From Prorocentrum cordatum (lineage: Eukaryota): a stretch of DNA of 55,595 nt. Under the pieces are notes generated by a model, which saw only the letters and a list, made by a program, of their open reading frames with translations, searched no databases and had not been told where the DNA came from. A program made the position numbers and the translations under genes. Of this stretch, positions 18,546 to 31,284 are shown in pieces. Location of the stretch: assembly GCA_963575745.1 (NCBI GenBank), contig CAUYUJ010000150.1, positions 62,001-117,595 of the forward strand, given 5' to 3'. Positions within the stretch are counted from its first letter, which is position 1. Each line of letters begins with the position of its first letter.

Positions 18546-19399
18546 ACTACGAATGCTGCTTTCCTAGGGGCTCTAACTCCTAGGTAAGGTAGGTCTGGGA
18601 TAATTTGTATTTAAACACGTGTGTGTATATATATACATGTATATGTATATGTGTGTGTGTGTATGTGTGCGCGACCCCTCCCGGCTGTCGTTAATGTTAC
18701 ATCAGTCCTTGAGCTCCTCATGCGTGCCATTGCTGATGATCCGCATTTTTTTCGTCCGCGCCGGCTCGCTTATCTTTCCGAACCGTCATTTCTCTGTTGT
18801 TTTCGCGCTGGAATCTCAGCAGAATCAGCTTGATTTGGGATCTGCGTAATTCTACATCTCAAGGATTCCCAATAATAGTTGAATTTGAATCAGCTGTAGA
18901 TTGTAATTGTGTCCCATTGAGAAATTGTTCGGGATCGGTTGGATCTGGGATCTGCTCAATTCTGAATAGGTTCGAATTCTACTACAGTTGGAATCCAATC
19001 GGGATCAGCTGTATCTGGGGTTCGGCCACGCCGACTTCGACCTTGATTAGATTTCAGCAGGAATCCATTCGGACACAGCCGTATCTAGGATCTGCCCCAT
19101 TCGGGATATATTCTACTTCGAGTCCACTAGGGATCATTGGAATCATATGGAACTGGGATTCGCAGAGCGGCTATGCCGCGTTTATCGTGGCAGCTTCCCT
19201 TGAAGCCCTGGACGCGCCTTTAATGACACGCTGCTGGCCGAAGAGAGGCTCCAGAAACAGCCGCGGCGTCATATGCCTTCTTAGAGCCCTCTTCGACCTA
19301 AAAATCGAGAGTCCCAGAAATTCCCCCCACCCCCCGCCAAAGGAGTACCGACCGAAGGTTTAGACGGACTTGGATCCGATGTTGTGTTTGTTTTGTTTT

Positions 19400-20580
19400 G
19401 GGGGGTTCCGACGTTCCAGGGCTGCCCAAGACGCCCCCCAAACCGCCCCAAGACGGCGCAAGTCGCCCCGAACACGCCCCCACGAAGGGCCAAGAGGGCC
19501 CCGAAACGGCCCACGAGGCGCCCAAAATGGCCCAAGAGAGCCCCAAGACGGCCCTCGAGACCGGCAGCAGGCCCCCAACAAACCCCCAAATGCACCCGAA
19601 AGTCCCAGAAAACGTCCCGAAAGGCTTCTAAACTGCCCCCAAGAGGCCCCAGGAGGCGTCCTGAAAGGCCCCACCAGTAGCTCGAACCTCGAAGCGCACG
19701 AAGGATCGCGCACCATAGCCGCTCCCCCGCTCATGAACCGAATCGAAGCGCCAATTAGTACGGCGACGGTCAGAAAGTCAATTCGTGTGTGTGTGTGTGT
19801 GATTATATATAATATAGAATATATTATAACATAGTATACTATAATATAATATAATATAGTATAAACTAATATACTATAATATAGTATGATACCATATAAC
19901 ATAACATAACATAATGTAATATACTATGATATATTATAGTCGAGTATAGTATAATATCATATAATATAACACAACATATTATAATACAATATAATATACC
20001 ATAATATAATATAACATATTAGAATATCATATACCATAATATACAACAACATAGTATAGCATAATATGATATGATGTAATACAATATAATATAATATATA
20101 GTATAATATAATATAAAGGAATATTATATAATATAGTATACTATAATATAGTATAATATAGTATATTATACTAGAATATACTATAATATATTGTAATATG
20201 TTATAATACAATACAACCCGTTACACTATAACATAATGTAATATAATATAGTATAGTATAATATAACATAATATAATACAATATCGTATAATATCATTTA
20301 ATATACTATAATATGCCAATATACAATATAACATAATATAATATAAATATATATAATAATATTATAATATAATATAATATAATATAATATAATATATATA
20401 ACCATACTATATAATATAGTATGGTATAGTGTAATAGATTATAATAGAATATAATATAATATAACACAATATAATAACACATAATATTATAATATAATAA
20501 TAATATAATATAAATATAATATTATATAATATATTATAATATATATAATATATAATATAGTATAATATAATATAATATAC

Positions 20581-20617
<37 letters not shown>

Positions 20618-21260
20618 AATAAATACATATATCCCTTGGGGGCAGGCCCCGGGCCCACAAACAGGTGCCCCGACCCCCCATGGCAGGACGGGGCGGCCGG
20701 GGAGGTCGAAAATAATCCAGGATGGCCTCCAGAGGCTCCCCAACACGGCCCAAACGGGTTCCGAGTCGCCCAAAAACCGTTCTTGGACGCCCAAGATAGG
20801 CCCAAGACGGCCCGAGAGGTCCCCCCAACGCACTCCACGACGCCTCAAGACGCCTTCCCAGAGCGCTCCAAGAGGCCGAACTCGGCAATTTTACGCAGGG
20901 TTTGGACAGATTTTGGCCTTCCAGCCTTTTCGGCTGCCCGACGTTCCAAGACGGCTCAATAGGCCCCCGAAAGCGCCCCAAGACGGCCCGAGAGGGCCCC
21001 CAGACGGCCCCAGAGGCGCCCAAGACAGCCCAAGAGGGGGGCCCAAGACGGCCCCAAGATGCGCCCAAAAGGGGGACCACGACTCTAAAATTCGACCCTT
21101 CCGCCTGAAGAGTGCCCCAGGAGGCCCCAAGACCTCCCAGGATACCCCCGAGAGGCACCCCGGAGACCCAAACAAGGCCTCAAGAGGTCACAAAACAGCC
21201 CCGAGGAGGCCCCACAACGATCCCAAAACGGTTACCGAGGAGCTGCGACGCCTGCCCTCA
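19400..21260. repeat. Degenerate ccccaagacggcc-type interspersed repeat (19400-19680 and 20700-21260) flanking an extremely AT-rich (TATAA)n/(TA)n tract (19800-20630)
   Basis: Repeated cccaagacggc / cccaagag / ccgacgttcca motifs occur in both arms; the AT microsatellite is directly visible. Confidence 0.85.
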
Positions 21261-21429
21261 TGACACTTCAAATCGGCTGCCTTCACGACGTCCCCGACAG
21301 GCCAACCACGAGATCCAAGCCAACACCCATGAGGCCTCTGACCCACCACCCAGGGCACGGTGGCGGGAGCAGGGACAACACTTTTGCACAGCACGTTCCG
21401 GCGGGAGCCTTCCGGAACACGCTGCAGGA

Positions 21430-21572
21430 GGAGGAAGATCAGGAGGAGAGAGAGAGAGAGAGAGAAAGAGAAAGAGAAGGTTGGAGTGGAAGGAGGAGGA
21501 GGGGGGCGAGAAGGAGGAGAGGTGGAGGAGGAGGAGGAGGAGGAAGAAGAGGAGCAGGAGGAGGCGGACGGG

Positions 21573-21627
<55 letters not shown>

Positions 21628-21737
21628 CATGCATGCATGCATGCATACATGCATGCATGCATGCATGCTTACATACATACATACATACATACGTACACAC
21701 ATACACAAAGATACGCATTTATAGTTATACACATTGC

Positions 21738-21770
<33 letters not shown>
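21430..21770. repeat. Compound microsatellite (GA)n, (GGA)n, (TA)n, (CATG)n, (TACA)n
   Basis: Directly visible. Confidence 0.9.
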
Positions 21771-21773
<3 letters not shown>

Positions 21774-22430
21774 CCGTGCACGAGGCCCGGGCCCCCGGTG
21801 CTCGGGGCCACTGGGGGGCAGTATAGTGAACCTGTTGGGTGGGCTGGGTTGTAAGGTCTTTGAAATGTAGTTGTGAGATAGTTGTAAGGTAGCTGCAACA
21901 TAGTTGCAAGTCTGTTAAGCGGTTGTAAGTTCAGGTGTCCCACGTAGCTATATGAGCAAGCCGCATAACATTTGCAGCAGTGGGCCAGCATTCGTCTTAC
22001 CCTATCTTGACTTAGGCCGAGTTGCAATTTCACGCAGCGATATTTTGTTGATGGCTGAACTAGGATTTGCCCAATGTTAACGGTAGAATTACACTTCACA
22101 ATTTTTTGTATTCAGATGGGGCCCGCATTGCGTGTTTCTGATTTTCAAACGTTGCCCACGGGGCAATTACGAATTGAATTTCTCACTTGCGTGAAGACGC
22201 ATCCGTCGCTTCTTTGTGTGCCTAGTGGCAACTGCACGCTCGACGAGCGACACCGCGATCAAATGTGGTCCGCGTTTGCAGCAATTGCATTATCCATACT
22301 GTGTCGCAATTCATTCTGTCGTTCATCATGCACGCATTCGTCGCAGCGCGTGGCATTATTCCGGGTCGCGCCACATGGTATATCAAGAAGAATGTTGCTG
22401 TGTCAGCATTGGGACTTGCAGTGACGATGT

Positions 22431-24875
22431 GTGGGCGTGTCAGGCTCGAGCTCGCTTCTCTCTTCTGCAGTTGCTGCGTTTCCAGTGCGCACAGTGCAGA
22501 ATTTCTATCCGCAAGAGCTGGTGGATTTCATCAGCGGACGCATCGGAATTCAATGCGAAGGCAAGTTTGCCCCGATCGCAGCTAGGAAGGATTGCGTCGA
22601 CCGCCTTTTGACGGCGAAGGTCGCCACGCAGATCGTCGCCGAGGCGGACGATCTCATCATCCACCCCTCGAGCCGTTCTGGTCTTGGCGTGAACGCCTAC
22701 GACGTCCACTGGGTTGTCGCCATGCTCCTGCATATCGGCGCTGACCCTGCAGAGCTCGAGAAGGCGTTTGCGCTCGAGCGCGCGCCCGCAGATCCGATGC
22801 AGTCGCCCCAAGCTGCGTTCAAGCAAAAGTTAATGTCCTCCATTAAGGGCATGCTGGCGCCGATGGCGCGCGCCGCGAAGGTTTGCGCGGCGGGGGCGGG
22901 CCGCGCCGCGCAGTTTTTCAAGGCAGTGAAGGCGGTGTTTTCCACGCCTGAACCGACCCTCGCCGACCCGGCGATGGGCGGGGAGATGAACGCCGGGACT
23001 CTGTCCCCGGAGCCGCGTTTTCACATCGCTCTCGCGAAGGGCTGGCGTTGGGCCGTCGTGCCGCGGCAGGCAGAAGTTTCGCGGCCGCGCCTTCCAGATT
23101 TGGCATTGCGCGCCCTTAACGCGGGCAACGACGCTGCCAGCTGGATGTCGGAGCTCGAATTGTGCGCGAGCGTTGCAGAATTTGCAGCACTGATGCCACC
23201 TGAGTCTACGTTCGGCGCCTGCGTTGATGCAGCGAAGATGAACCAGCCACCGTGCCAGGCAGGCTGCTTGGGAACGCGTCGCTTGCAAATGCGCGCGGCG
23301 CACGCGGCGCGTTGAAACGCCAGCAACATGTTGCCGATTGCGTTTATCCGACATGCGTCTTGCACGCGGTCTGCGCTGCGGCCGCACGCGTCTGCGCCGC
23401 GCAGCGTCGGCGCGGAGGGGGGGGGGGGGCGTCTCCACCGAGAGGATTACATTGATAAAATTGGCAAGCTCGCAACGCACGGCGGCGGGGGACCTGGGCC
23501 CCCGCGGGTCAAAGTTCATGGATCGGTTTGGCAAGATGCACGGTGCTCGCAGGAAACTCGGGCAAGATTTCGTCGCGTCAATTGTCGACGTCCATTTGGG
23601 TGTTCTCGAGCCGCGTGTCTTCCTGCGCGCTGCGAGCATCCTTGCAGACCTTGCCCCAAATAGGCAGTCGGGCGGCGCGGCGGGGCTATGGCCCCCAGCG
23701 ACGTTGAGAGGTTGAAAGGCAAACTCGTCAAGAACAAACCGATTGCGCTCGACAGGGGCCTTTCCAAATGTGATCGCATCGCAGGCCCCCTGCGCACCGG
23801 CGGCCGCGTCGACCTAGGGCAGCGCGACATGCTGGTTGGGAAGTTCATCACTCGTTCAGTTTTGCGCTCAATCGGGAAGGGCGAGCATGGGCCAGAGGGC
23901 GTCGTTTTTGAGAGCCGGGCGCCGGTCATCTCAGACTTCGTATCTGAGGCAGCCAGCATGACTGGCAGCGGAGCCGTCATAGACCCAGAGGGCGCGCGGG
24001 AACTTGCTGCGCCCCAAGCCAGCGAACCACGTTCTACAGATGACAGGGCGGCCGCGATGACCGAATAGGACCTGCGCAACCCAGAGCGCATCTCGGCAAC
24101 CAAAAACCTCACTGTTGGGTGCATCGTGTTACCGCGCGCCGCGAGCGCGAATGCGGGGCTGTGCAAGATGGCGCCCATCAGTTCAGCCGAAGTAACCATG
24201 GGGCTGCTGACTGCATTTTCTGAGCCAGCGTTTGACGTGAAGGTCGCCCTCGCGCTCTTCTTGAAGGAGTGGGCGTCGTGCAAGGGCAGCGCGCCCTTTG
24301 CGGCGCCGATGTCTGCAGCGACGTGCGCTTCGGCGCGTCAGCAGATGAAGGCGGATGAGTTGCGCTGCGCCGCGTTCAAAGCCCTCGAAGATGTTGTGCA
24401 GACTGCCATTGCTGGCGCGATGTTGCAACGCGGCCTTGCCCCCAGCGTTGTCGTTGCTGCCCGGGGGGTCGAGAAGGGCAAGCTCGTCCTTGCGCCGCTC
24501 TGAGAGCTGAACAAGATCAGGGCAGAACCGTCGCTGGGCGCGGCCCAGGTGGAACGCGGGCCCGCAGCGCTGCGCGCATCGCCCCCGACGAGGGCGACTG
24601 GTCAGCAAAAGGCCGAAGCTGCAGAGGTGCTCTACGTTCCTTATTGGTGGGTTCGGGGGACGGACGAAGAGGACTTTGTCAGCGTTGCTCTCGTTCAACA
24701 GAGCACCGTCCACATCAGCTTCAAAGCTTGCAAGAATACCGAGGCCGCGCAGCAGTTCGACAAACTGCTTGCATATAAAGTCAAGGGGCGCCATGCGCCG
24801 TTGCAGTCTGCAAAGAGGGTCAATCTCTCAGAGGGAGATGCCAAGCCTAAGGGCAAGGCAAAGGCTAAGAGGTAA
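22431..24875 (+). pseudogene. Frameshifted remnant of a large protein with a possible N-terminal ParB/Srx-like region
   Basis: Consecutive protein-like ORF pieces in shifting frames (22431-23315, ~23500-23715, 23688-24068, 24126-24503, 24549-24875) with motif-like segments IIHPSSRSGLGVNAYDVH...LLHIGAD, GWRWAVV and VPYWWV. The ParB/Srx resemblance is a weak inference. Confidence 0.55.
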
Positions 24876-25478
24876 GCATGCCCACCAGAGGCCCACCAGA
24901 GCGGTGACGAGACATATGCTATAGCTCTCGCAGCGCGGCTTTCATTCGCGCGCCATTTGGTTGCGAGTGCGCGCGAACGGCGCATGTTAGAAGCGCCATG
25001 CCGCGCGCAATTCATGGACATGCAGCGGTTTATACACGTTTCACATGAGAGACATCGCCCATATGTCTTTGGCGGGCGCGCCAACGCGCCCCGCGATCCA
25101 CAGGCCTGCACGATGTCGCTGCGGGTGTGGCGCGGGCGAAGCAATAGCAAGGGACACGCGAAAACGCGTGCCCATCGCCTCATCTCTAGCGTCTGCAGCA
25201 CGTCGGCTTGAGGAGGAGGAGGAGGGGGAAGAGGAGGAGGGAGTGGTGGCGAGGGTGGGAGGGGGGGAGGTGTTTTGCAGTCCGCCATATGCGACATTTT
25301 CGCACGGGTTCGCTATGCGGGCTCCTTTCGTCGCATATACATGCGTTCGCGCGCGTGAAGTGCGAGCATGTGGAGACGGCCTCCCGACCGCGCCGCAGTG
25401 CGCGTTCGCCCATGCATAGCCATTTGCAGGCGTTTGACCTTGATCGCCGCATTCGTGGCCACCATAGTTCGCGGCGCC

Positions 25479-26111
25479 ATGGCAATGCTGGAACGCTCGG
25501 TCGCATGGCGACTAGAAGTCCACATTGGCGACTACACGTGGGCCCCCGGGATTCGTCAGAAGGTTGACGGCGACGCGTGCGCAATGCCTCACCCATCTGA
25601 TCACAGCTCATGCAAAGCTATATCGCAGAATGTTTGGGGGGGCACGCCCCAGGTCAACGGCCCGACCATGCCGGCAACGCGCCTGGATACAACGCAATCG
25701 TTGCTGCGAGACTCGCGCCCCAGCCCGAAGGCGCGCCCGCGCGCGAGCGCGAGCCTGTCGGGCGCCCGTTTGCTCAGAAAGAAGAACAGCCCGAAGCGTC
25801 GGCCCAAGCCAAAGCGTGGTCCAAGCAGGAGGTCAAGGCCCAGAGTGGTTGTTGATGTCGAACTGCCCCTTGCCGGCGACGTCGCCTTCCCCCGCGTGAA
25901 GATGATGATGCCAGCGAGGGCAATCGATCGCACGTGGGCCAACGCGTCTGACGATTCTGTCTGCGCGCTCGCGCAAGTCATCGCAGCCCACGGCGTCGCA
26001 AACCAGATGATCGCGGCCGAGGGGGCGCGCGGCAAGAGGGGGGCGCCGACGACTGCGACGCCGAGGGCAGCGATCATGCAGTCGTTAGCCCATGCGACAC
26101 TGAGCCGCTAG
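25479..26111 (+). pseudogene. Hypothetical protein remnant
   Basis: gccATGg start, protein-like sequence MAMLERSVAWRLEVHIGDYTW...VVVDVELPLAGDVAFPRVKMMMP, and the same orientation as its neighbours. Confidence 0.35.
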
Positions 26112-26934
26112 ACGATGCAGCGGGGCCATCTGAAGTAGACTGCGTCACCGCACCGAGGCGCCCCAATGCGCGCGTGCAGGGTGCCGCGTATAAGCGCATT
26201 TCTGTTCGCGCAACATCATTTAGTTGTTGCGATGAATGCGCGTTTGCATTGCAGTATTAGAGGTCAGTGTTTTCATGTGCGCGCGCATGGTTATGCAGTT
26301 GTCGCGCTCTTTGTTGCATTTGCTGTGTTGCATTTGCTGCGTTGCATTTGCTGTGTTGCATTTGCTGCGCTGCGTCTGCTGCGTTGCATTTGCTGCGTTG
26401 TTTTCGCCCCGTTCTCGCGCGCCGGCTTCTCGAGCCAGCTTTTGGCGAGGCTGGCGGCGCCAGCCTTGGGGCGGGCCCAGGCTGGCCCCCTCTCCCGCCG
26501 CCGCGGGGCGTCGGCGGCCCCATCGCGGCCCCTCCGCGGCCCCCGTTGGCGCGCCGCCGCGGTCCCAGGCGGGCCCCCTCCCCCGCCGCGGCGCGGCGCG
26601 GTCGCTGCTTGGCGGGCCGCCCGCAGCGGGGGCTTCTCCAGCAGCGGGCGCTGATGGGCCTCGAGCAGCGATGTGAAGAGCTCGCGACTTGTCGGTGTCG
26701 CGTCGCGCTGGCGCGGCCCCGCCTCGCGCCGCGATCGGCGCGTGGCGGGGCGGCGCCAGAGCGGCGCGCGGTGGCCAGTGCATATCGGATGCGCCGCGAC
26801 CCCCCCCGTCCGGCATAGGCACCCCCCCCCCCCCCCCCCGCCGACCTTCCGGAATGTTTTGTTTTTGAGGCTGCGATGCCTTTCCCCCCGCCCCATGTGC
26901 ACCCCCCTTCAGAGGGGCAGGGGGGCGCGGAGAG

Positions 26935-27350
26935 CGCCGGCGAGAAGCAGCGCGTCGGCGAGGTCTCGACGGTGGAGCTCCAGCAGATGCTGAATTCTGG
27001 AGCGTCGCAAGGGCGCGCGGTCGCGGCGATGCGCGGACGCCCTCGCCTTTCGCCGCCTGGGCGATGCTGGCCAGAACGAGCTCGCGCGCTGTCTCAAGGG
27101 GGCCCTGCGCAAGATCGGCGCGGTGAACGGGGGCCCCGTGTGCCGCCGGGAGGCGATCGAGGGCGGGGCCGCGCTTGACCGCTCCGAGCCCCTCCTCTCT
27201 CATGCGCGCGTGGTCGAGCGCAGCTGGGAGCGGTGGGTGACCAGCTCGACCCTCGACATGGCCAGCATCTGCAGCTACCCCGATGGATGCGTCTGCGCCA
27301 GCGGCGAGGGCGACGCCGAGGAGCGGCCGCAGGTGCTGCGCCAGATCAGG
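26935..27350 (+). pseudogene. Probable coding fragment between poly-G/C tracts
   Basis: GC3-rich codon-like text (EVSTVELQQML...; LARCLKGALRKIGAVNGGPVCRREAIEG...SWERWVTSSTLDMASICSYPDG) with an apparent frameshift. Confidence 0.3.
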
Positions 27351-28829
27351 AGGAGGGGGGGGGGGGGAAGGGGGGGGGAAGGAGGGGGGGGGAGGGGGAT
27401 GGGGGGGGAGGGGCACGAGGAAAAGGAGGCGGGGGAGGGGGGGGGGAGGAGGAGGAGGAGGGGGGGGGGGGGAGTTTCGGACAGGCGCAGAATTGCATTT
27501 TGGGCGAGTGCATTCGCTTCTTGCGCGCCCCCCCAATTTCCAAACTTACTTTTGCGCCGTCGTCTTGCGCGTTGGTTCGCCCGCGGTTCGAGGGGGCCGA
27601 TCGCGCCTGTTTGATTTGCCGGGGCCTCGGCGTCTCTTGCCAGTGTCAGTCTGGAACCAGGACTTGCTCCTCGCGAGTGGATTGGAGGATGAGCGCAAGG
27701 TGAGTCTCTCAGCCGCGGGGGGGCGCGGGCGTTTGCCGCCGCGCAGGGGCCAGGGGCAATTGAGAAAGGCCCAGGGGAATGGGGGGGTTGCAGGTAGAGG
27801 AAGAACGGGGGGGGCAAAGCAGCGGGCAGGAATGGGGAACGTAGCGACTGGGCGATATACTCTGATACGGGGAGCGATGTGGGCGGAGGCCGCAGTTGGA
27901 ATTCCTTCGGATTGCCCCGGGAAGTGCAGACACCTCCGCCCGGAGGCCGGCGGGGGGTTCAGCGGCCCCTGCCTTCCTGACTCAGCGAGCGGGGCGCGAC
28001 GACGCACCCGACCAGCGCCCCGCCCCTTTCGGTAGGTGCCGGTCTGCGCGTGCTCGCCCCGCGCGAGACATCCAGCGCTTTCAGACTTACAATCGGCCAG
28101 GCACGAGGTGTAGTTCTGCGCGCGCTGGTTTCGCTGGAGACATCCTCGCAAAACGGGGCGCGCGTAGAACTGCACCTAGCCACCGGGGAGGGGCGCATGT
28201 CGGGCGCCGCCGCTCGCGCCCCCAACGCGCACCGCGCCCTGGCCGCTAAGTGCCGTTCCGTGCGCGCCCCGTTTTCGCGAAGCATCGGCTGCCCGCGCTG
28301 CCCATCGCCGAGGCCCCGCCCCCTGGGCCGCCCCCCGCCGACGCCCCACGCCCCCTAGTTCGGCGAAGCCAGCCGTATGCCTGGGGGCCTCGACCTCGCG
28401 CAGCCCGCCCCCTTCCCCCGCCTGTGCCCCAGCAGCAAATTCGCGATCCGATCGCCCGCGCTTTCGAGTTCTTCTTCGCGCTGGATTCCCCGCCCGAGGG
28501 TGAAACGCTTGTTCGCGCCGTGATTTTTCTTGCTGCTGCCGCCAAGTTTCGCCGCGAGACGCGGCGATCGCTTCCACGCTTGGCGCGCGACGTCGTCGGC
28601 GCGAGGCGGCGCCCGTCCACCCAGGCCGACCGACGCGCCAAATCTATGCGTGATTGCCCCCGTTGGCCCCCGCAACAGGGCGCAGTTTTGCTGCGTGTAG
28701 TTGTAGATGTGTTCGGGAGTTGGAAATTTGAAAACAAGGAGTTGATTTTATTTGCGAGATAATTTTTTATTTTTTCTTCTAGTCAGCGGGGGCGGCCAGG
28801 GATGAGGGGGGGGGGAGGGGCGGGGGGTG

Positions 28830-29548
28830 GGGGGGGAGGAGGAGGAGGAGACGGAGGAGACGAAGGAGCCACCTCAGGGCTTCTCGGAGGATATCGTGGA
28901 CCAGCTCGAGATCCCCCCGTGCGCGGAGTTCCTCGAGCAGGCCATCGAGGATCACATGGGTGGCTGCGCAGAGCCTCCAGCAGCGCCGCGCGCAGCAGCG
29001 CCAGCGCCACCAGTTGCGCGCGCAGTGCCAGCAGTGCAAAGCGCAGCGGCGCCCGACGAAGCAGCGTTTCCACCCGCAGCAGCGCCGGCGAGCGATGGCC
29101 CGAGGCCAGCAGCGACGCCGCCGCCCAGTGGCGTCATCAAGGGGTGGCCGAGGCCGACGGCGCCACCGCCCGCTCCGCCGCCGCCAGCGCCGACGCCTGT
29201 GGTGGACCATCGGTTCAACGCCCACGGCGATGAGCAAGTGCGCGGTGGGTGGACCGGGCGGCGATGGCAGACTACTGCAGCAATGGTGATTGGCCTGCCT
29301 TCGAGACGATCATCGCAGCCGCGCGGTGCGGCGAGATCGCCAGGGGCACCGGGTGGTTCTCCGATCGCGGCTCCGACGCGATCGACGCCGACGAGAGGGG
29401 GGACTTCGCGAAGGGCGAGCAGATCCTCGCGATGGCGCGCGAGATGTTCGACAACAAGGGCGCCAAGGGCGGCGCCGTGGGCGGCGGCGAGGGCGGCGAG
29501 ACTGCCCTCGAGGGCTGCCGGTCGCGGCGCAGCATGCGCGTCGGATGA
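28830..29548 (+). pseudogene. Hypothetical protein remnant (acidic/Pro-Ala-rich N-part, frameshift near 29250)
   Basis: FSEDIVDQLEIPPCAEFLEQAIEDH...VVDHRFNAHGDEQV continues in another frame as DRAAMADYCSNGDWPAFETII...EQILAMAREMFDNKG. Confidence 0.4.
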
Positions 29549-29609
29549 GCCCGCGACCGCCGAGGTCGACAGCTGTGGGCGAGCCGCGGTGAAACGCGCA
29601 TGGCGCCTA

Positions 29610-29751
29610 AAAGTGCGATCGCACTTTAAGGTGGGCATGCGACCGCGCGCGCAAGTGCGTCGCACTTTAAGGTGCGCTTAAGTGCGCCCAGAAATGTGAT
29701 TACATCTTTAGGCGCGGTCGCCAGCACACCAAAAAGTGCGATCGCACTTTT
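29610..29751. promoter_or_regulatory. Cluster of AAGTGCGATCGCACTT palindromes (candidate protein-binding sites)
   Basis: Perfect 18-bp palindrome at 29610-29627, perfect 20-bp palindrome at 29732-29751 and a 1-nt-deleted copy at ~29653-29668. Function unknown. Confidence 0.4.
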
Positions 29752-31284
29752 GGGCCTCATCCGCATCATGCGGCCCCCTGAGGCAGAGGGGGTTTATGCG
29801 CGCCGCTGCAGGCTCGGTGGAGGCGTGCAGCAGCTTCCACGAGCAAGCCTGGCGGCGCTCGTCTTGCGCCAATGGCGCCAAGGTCTTGCCGCGCTGGCCC
29901 AACGCTTACTTTTGGGTGGCCGCAGTTTCGGCCGTGGACAACCTCGCGAGTATCTCCATCTGCCACTTCTGGTCCTCCCTCGCCGCTGTCGGCATTGTTT
30001 CTGTCCGTGTCTCCCCTTTTGTCACATTTGCCATTCATGAGGTTGGTTGCTCGCATGTCCCTTTCTTTCGCCATGCATTCGACGTGGCGCTCTGGCCACC
30101 CACGGGCTGCACTCCAGTGCGTTCGCGCCCTGAGATTGTGCATCGCGCTGCTTCTCTCTGGGCGCCCGGGTGCTGCAGTCCACCGCGTTAACGCCCGACG
30201 GCAATGCGCGGCGCGGGCTGCAGTCTATTGCGCTCGCGCCCGCGGGGTTGTGATAGGGGTGGGGTGGGGTGGGGGGGGGGGCGCGTGGGGATGCAGCCTA
30301 ATAGTTCGGCATCAAGCGTTAGCGCGCGCGCTCGAGCTTCTCGCGCCTGTTCGCGCGCATTCATCCGAGGCCCGATGGCGCCGAAGGCGATGGCTGCAGC
30401 TGGCGCTGCAGGCGCGGCCGCTATCAGGAGCGAGTCGGACATCCTGCAGGCTAGGATCCGTGACCTCAAGAAGGGCCGCAATTACTGGAAGGATATGGCT
30501 CTTGGCCCCCAGCGTTTCGTCGCGGCTGTGGCCGAGGGCTCGAATCAGAAACCTTGCGCGAGGAATGCATTCGTCGAGCCCGGGCGCCTGTGGTCTGGCA
30601 CCCGCGCCGTCGCGGCGCAGACGAGGGCGACGTAGCACGGTCGGCTGCAGCGCCTGACTGAGCTGCCAGTTGTCGCGCCTGCGCAGCCCTCGTGAGCATC
30701 GGCGTCGCCAGTTGCTTGAGGATTCAGCGCGCGCGCGCTCGCGCGGGGAGGGGGGGGGGGCGAGGGGGGGGGGGGGGGGCAGAAGGAGAAGGGGGGGATG
30801 ATGGAGGAGGGCGGAGACGATTTTGAACTGCCATATGATGGCGTATACCTTTCTGCGCGCTAATCTCGCCGCGCGAGCGCGAAGTTCCAGTCGCGCGCGT
30901 ATGCGCTAGAAGGTTGCCTTCCACCACCGTTGCGTTTCCTTTCGCCACGTTGTGATCCAGTTGCGGCGCTTCCGATGCCGCGCCCCTGCCCCGCGCTCGC
31001 TACCCGTGCCAGGTTTAGCCGCGAGACTGACCCGCAAGCCCACTCGCATTCGGATTTGCATGCACCTGAGCTGGATGCCTGAAGCCAACAGCGTGATCTG
31101 TGCATTATCATTTGTACGTTGTCATGCCCGCGGTGCGCCCTGCGCGAGCTGTGACGACTCATGCAGTCGTTCATGTTTTCTCTTTGTCAATTGCGATATC
31201 GGCATGCCATAGCCGTTTTCGGATCAAGCCTTGAGGGGCTGCAGGTGCTGCAAGGGTGCAGGAGTGCGCCGCGCGCCGTCCGGC

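Noticed and set aside
19520..19535. cccaaaatggccc as an SL relic
   Set aside because: Only the short CCATTTTGG core matches, and it lies inside the ccccaagacggcc repeat family with no downstream gene.
19800..20640. Tyr/Ile-rich ORFs
   Set aside because: They are translations of AT microsatellite.
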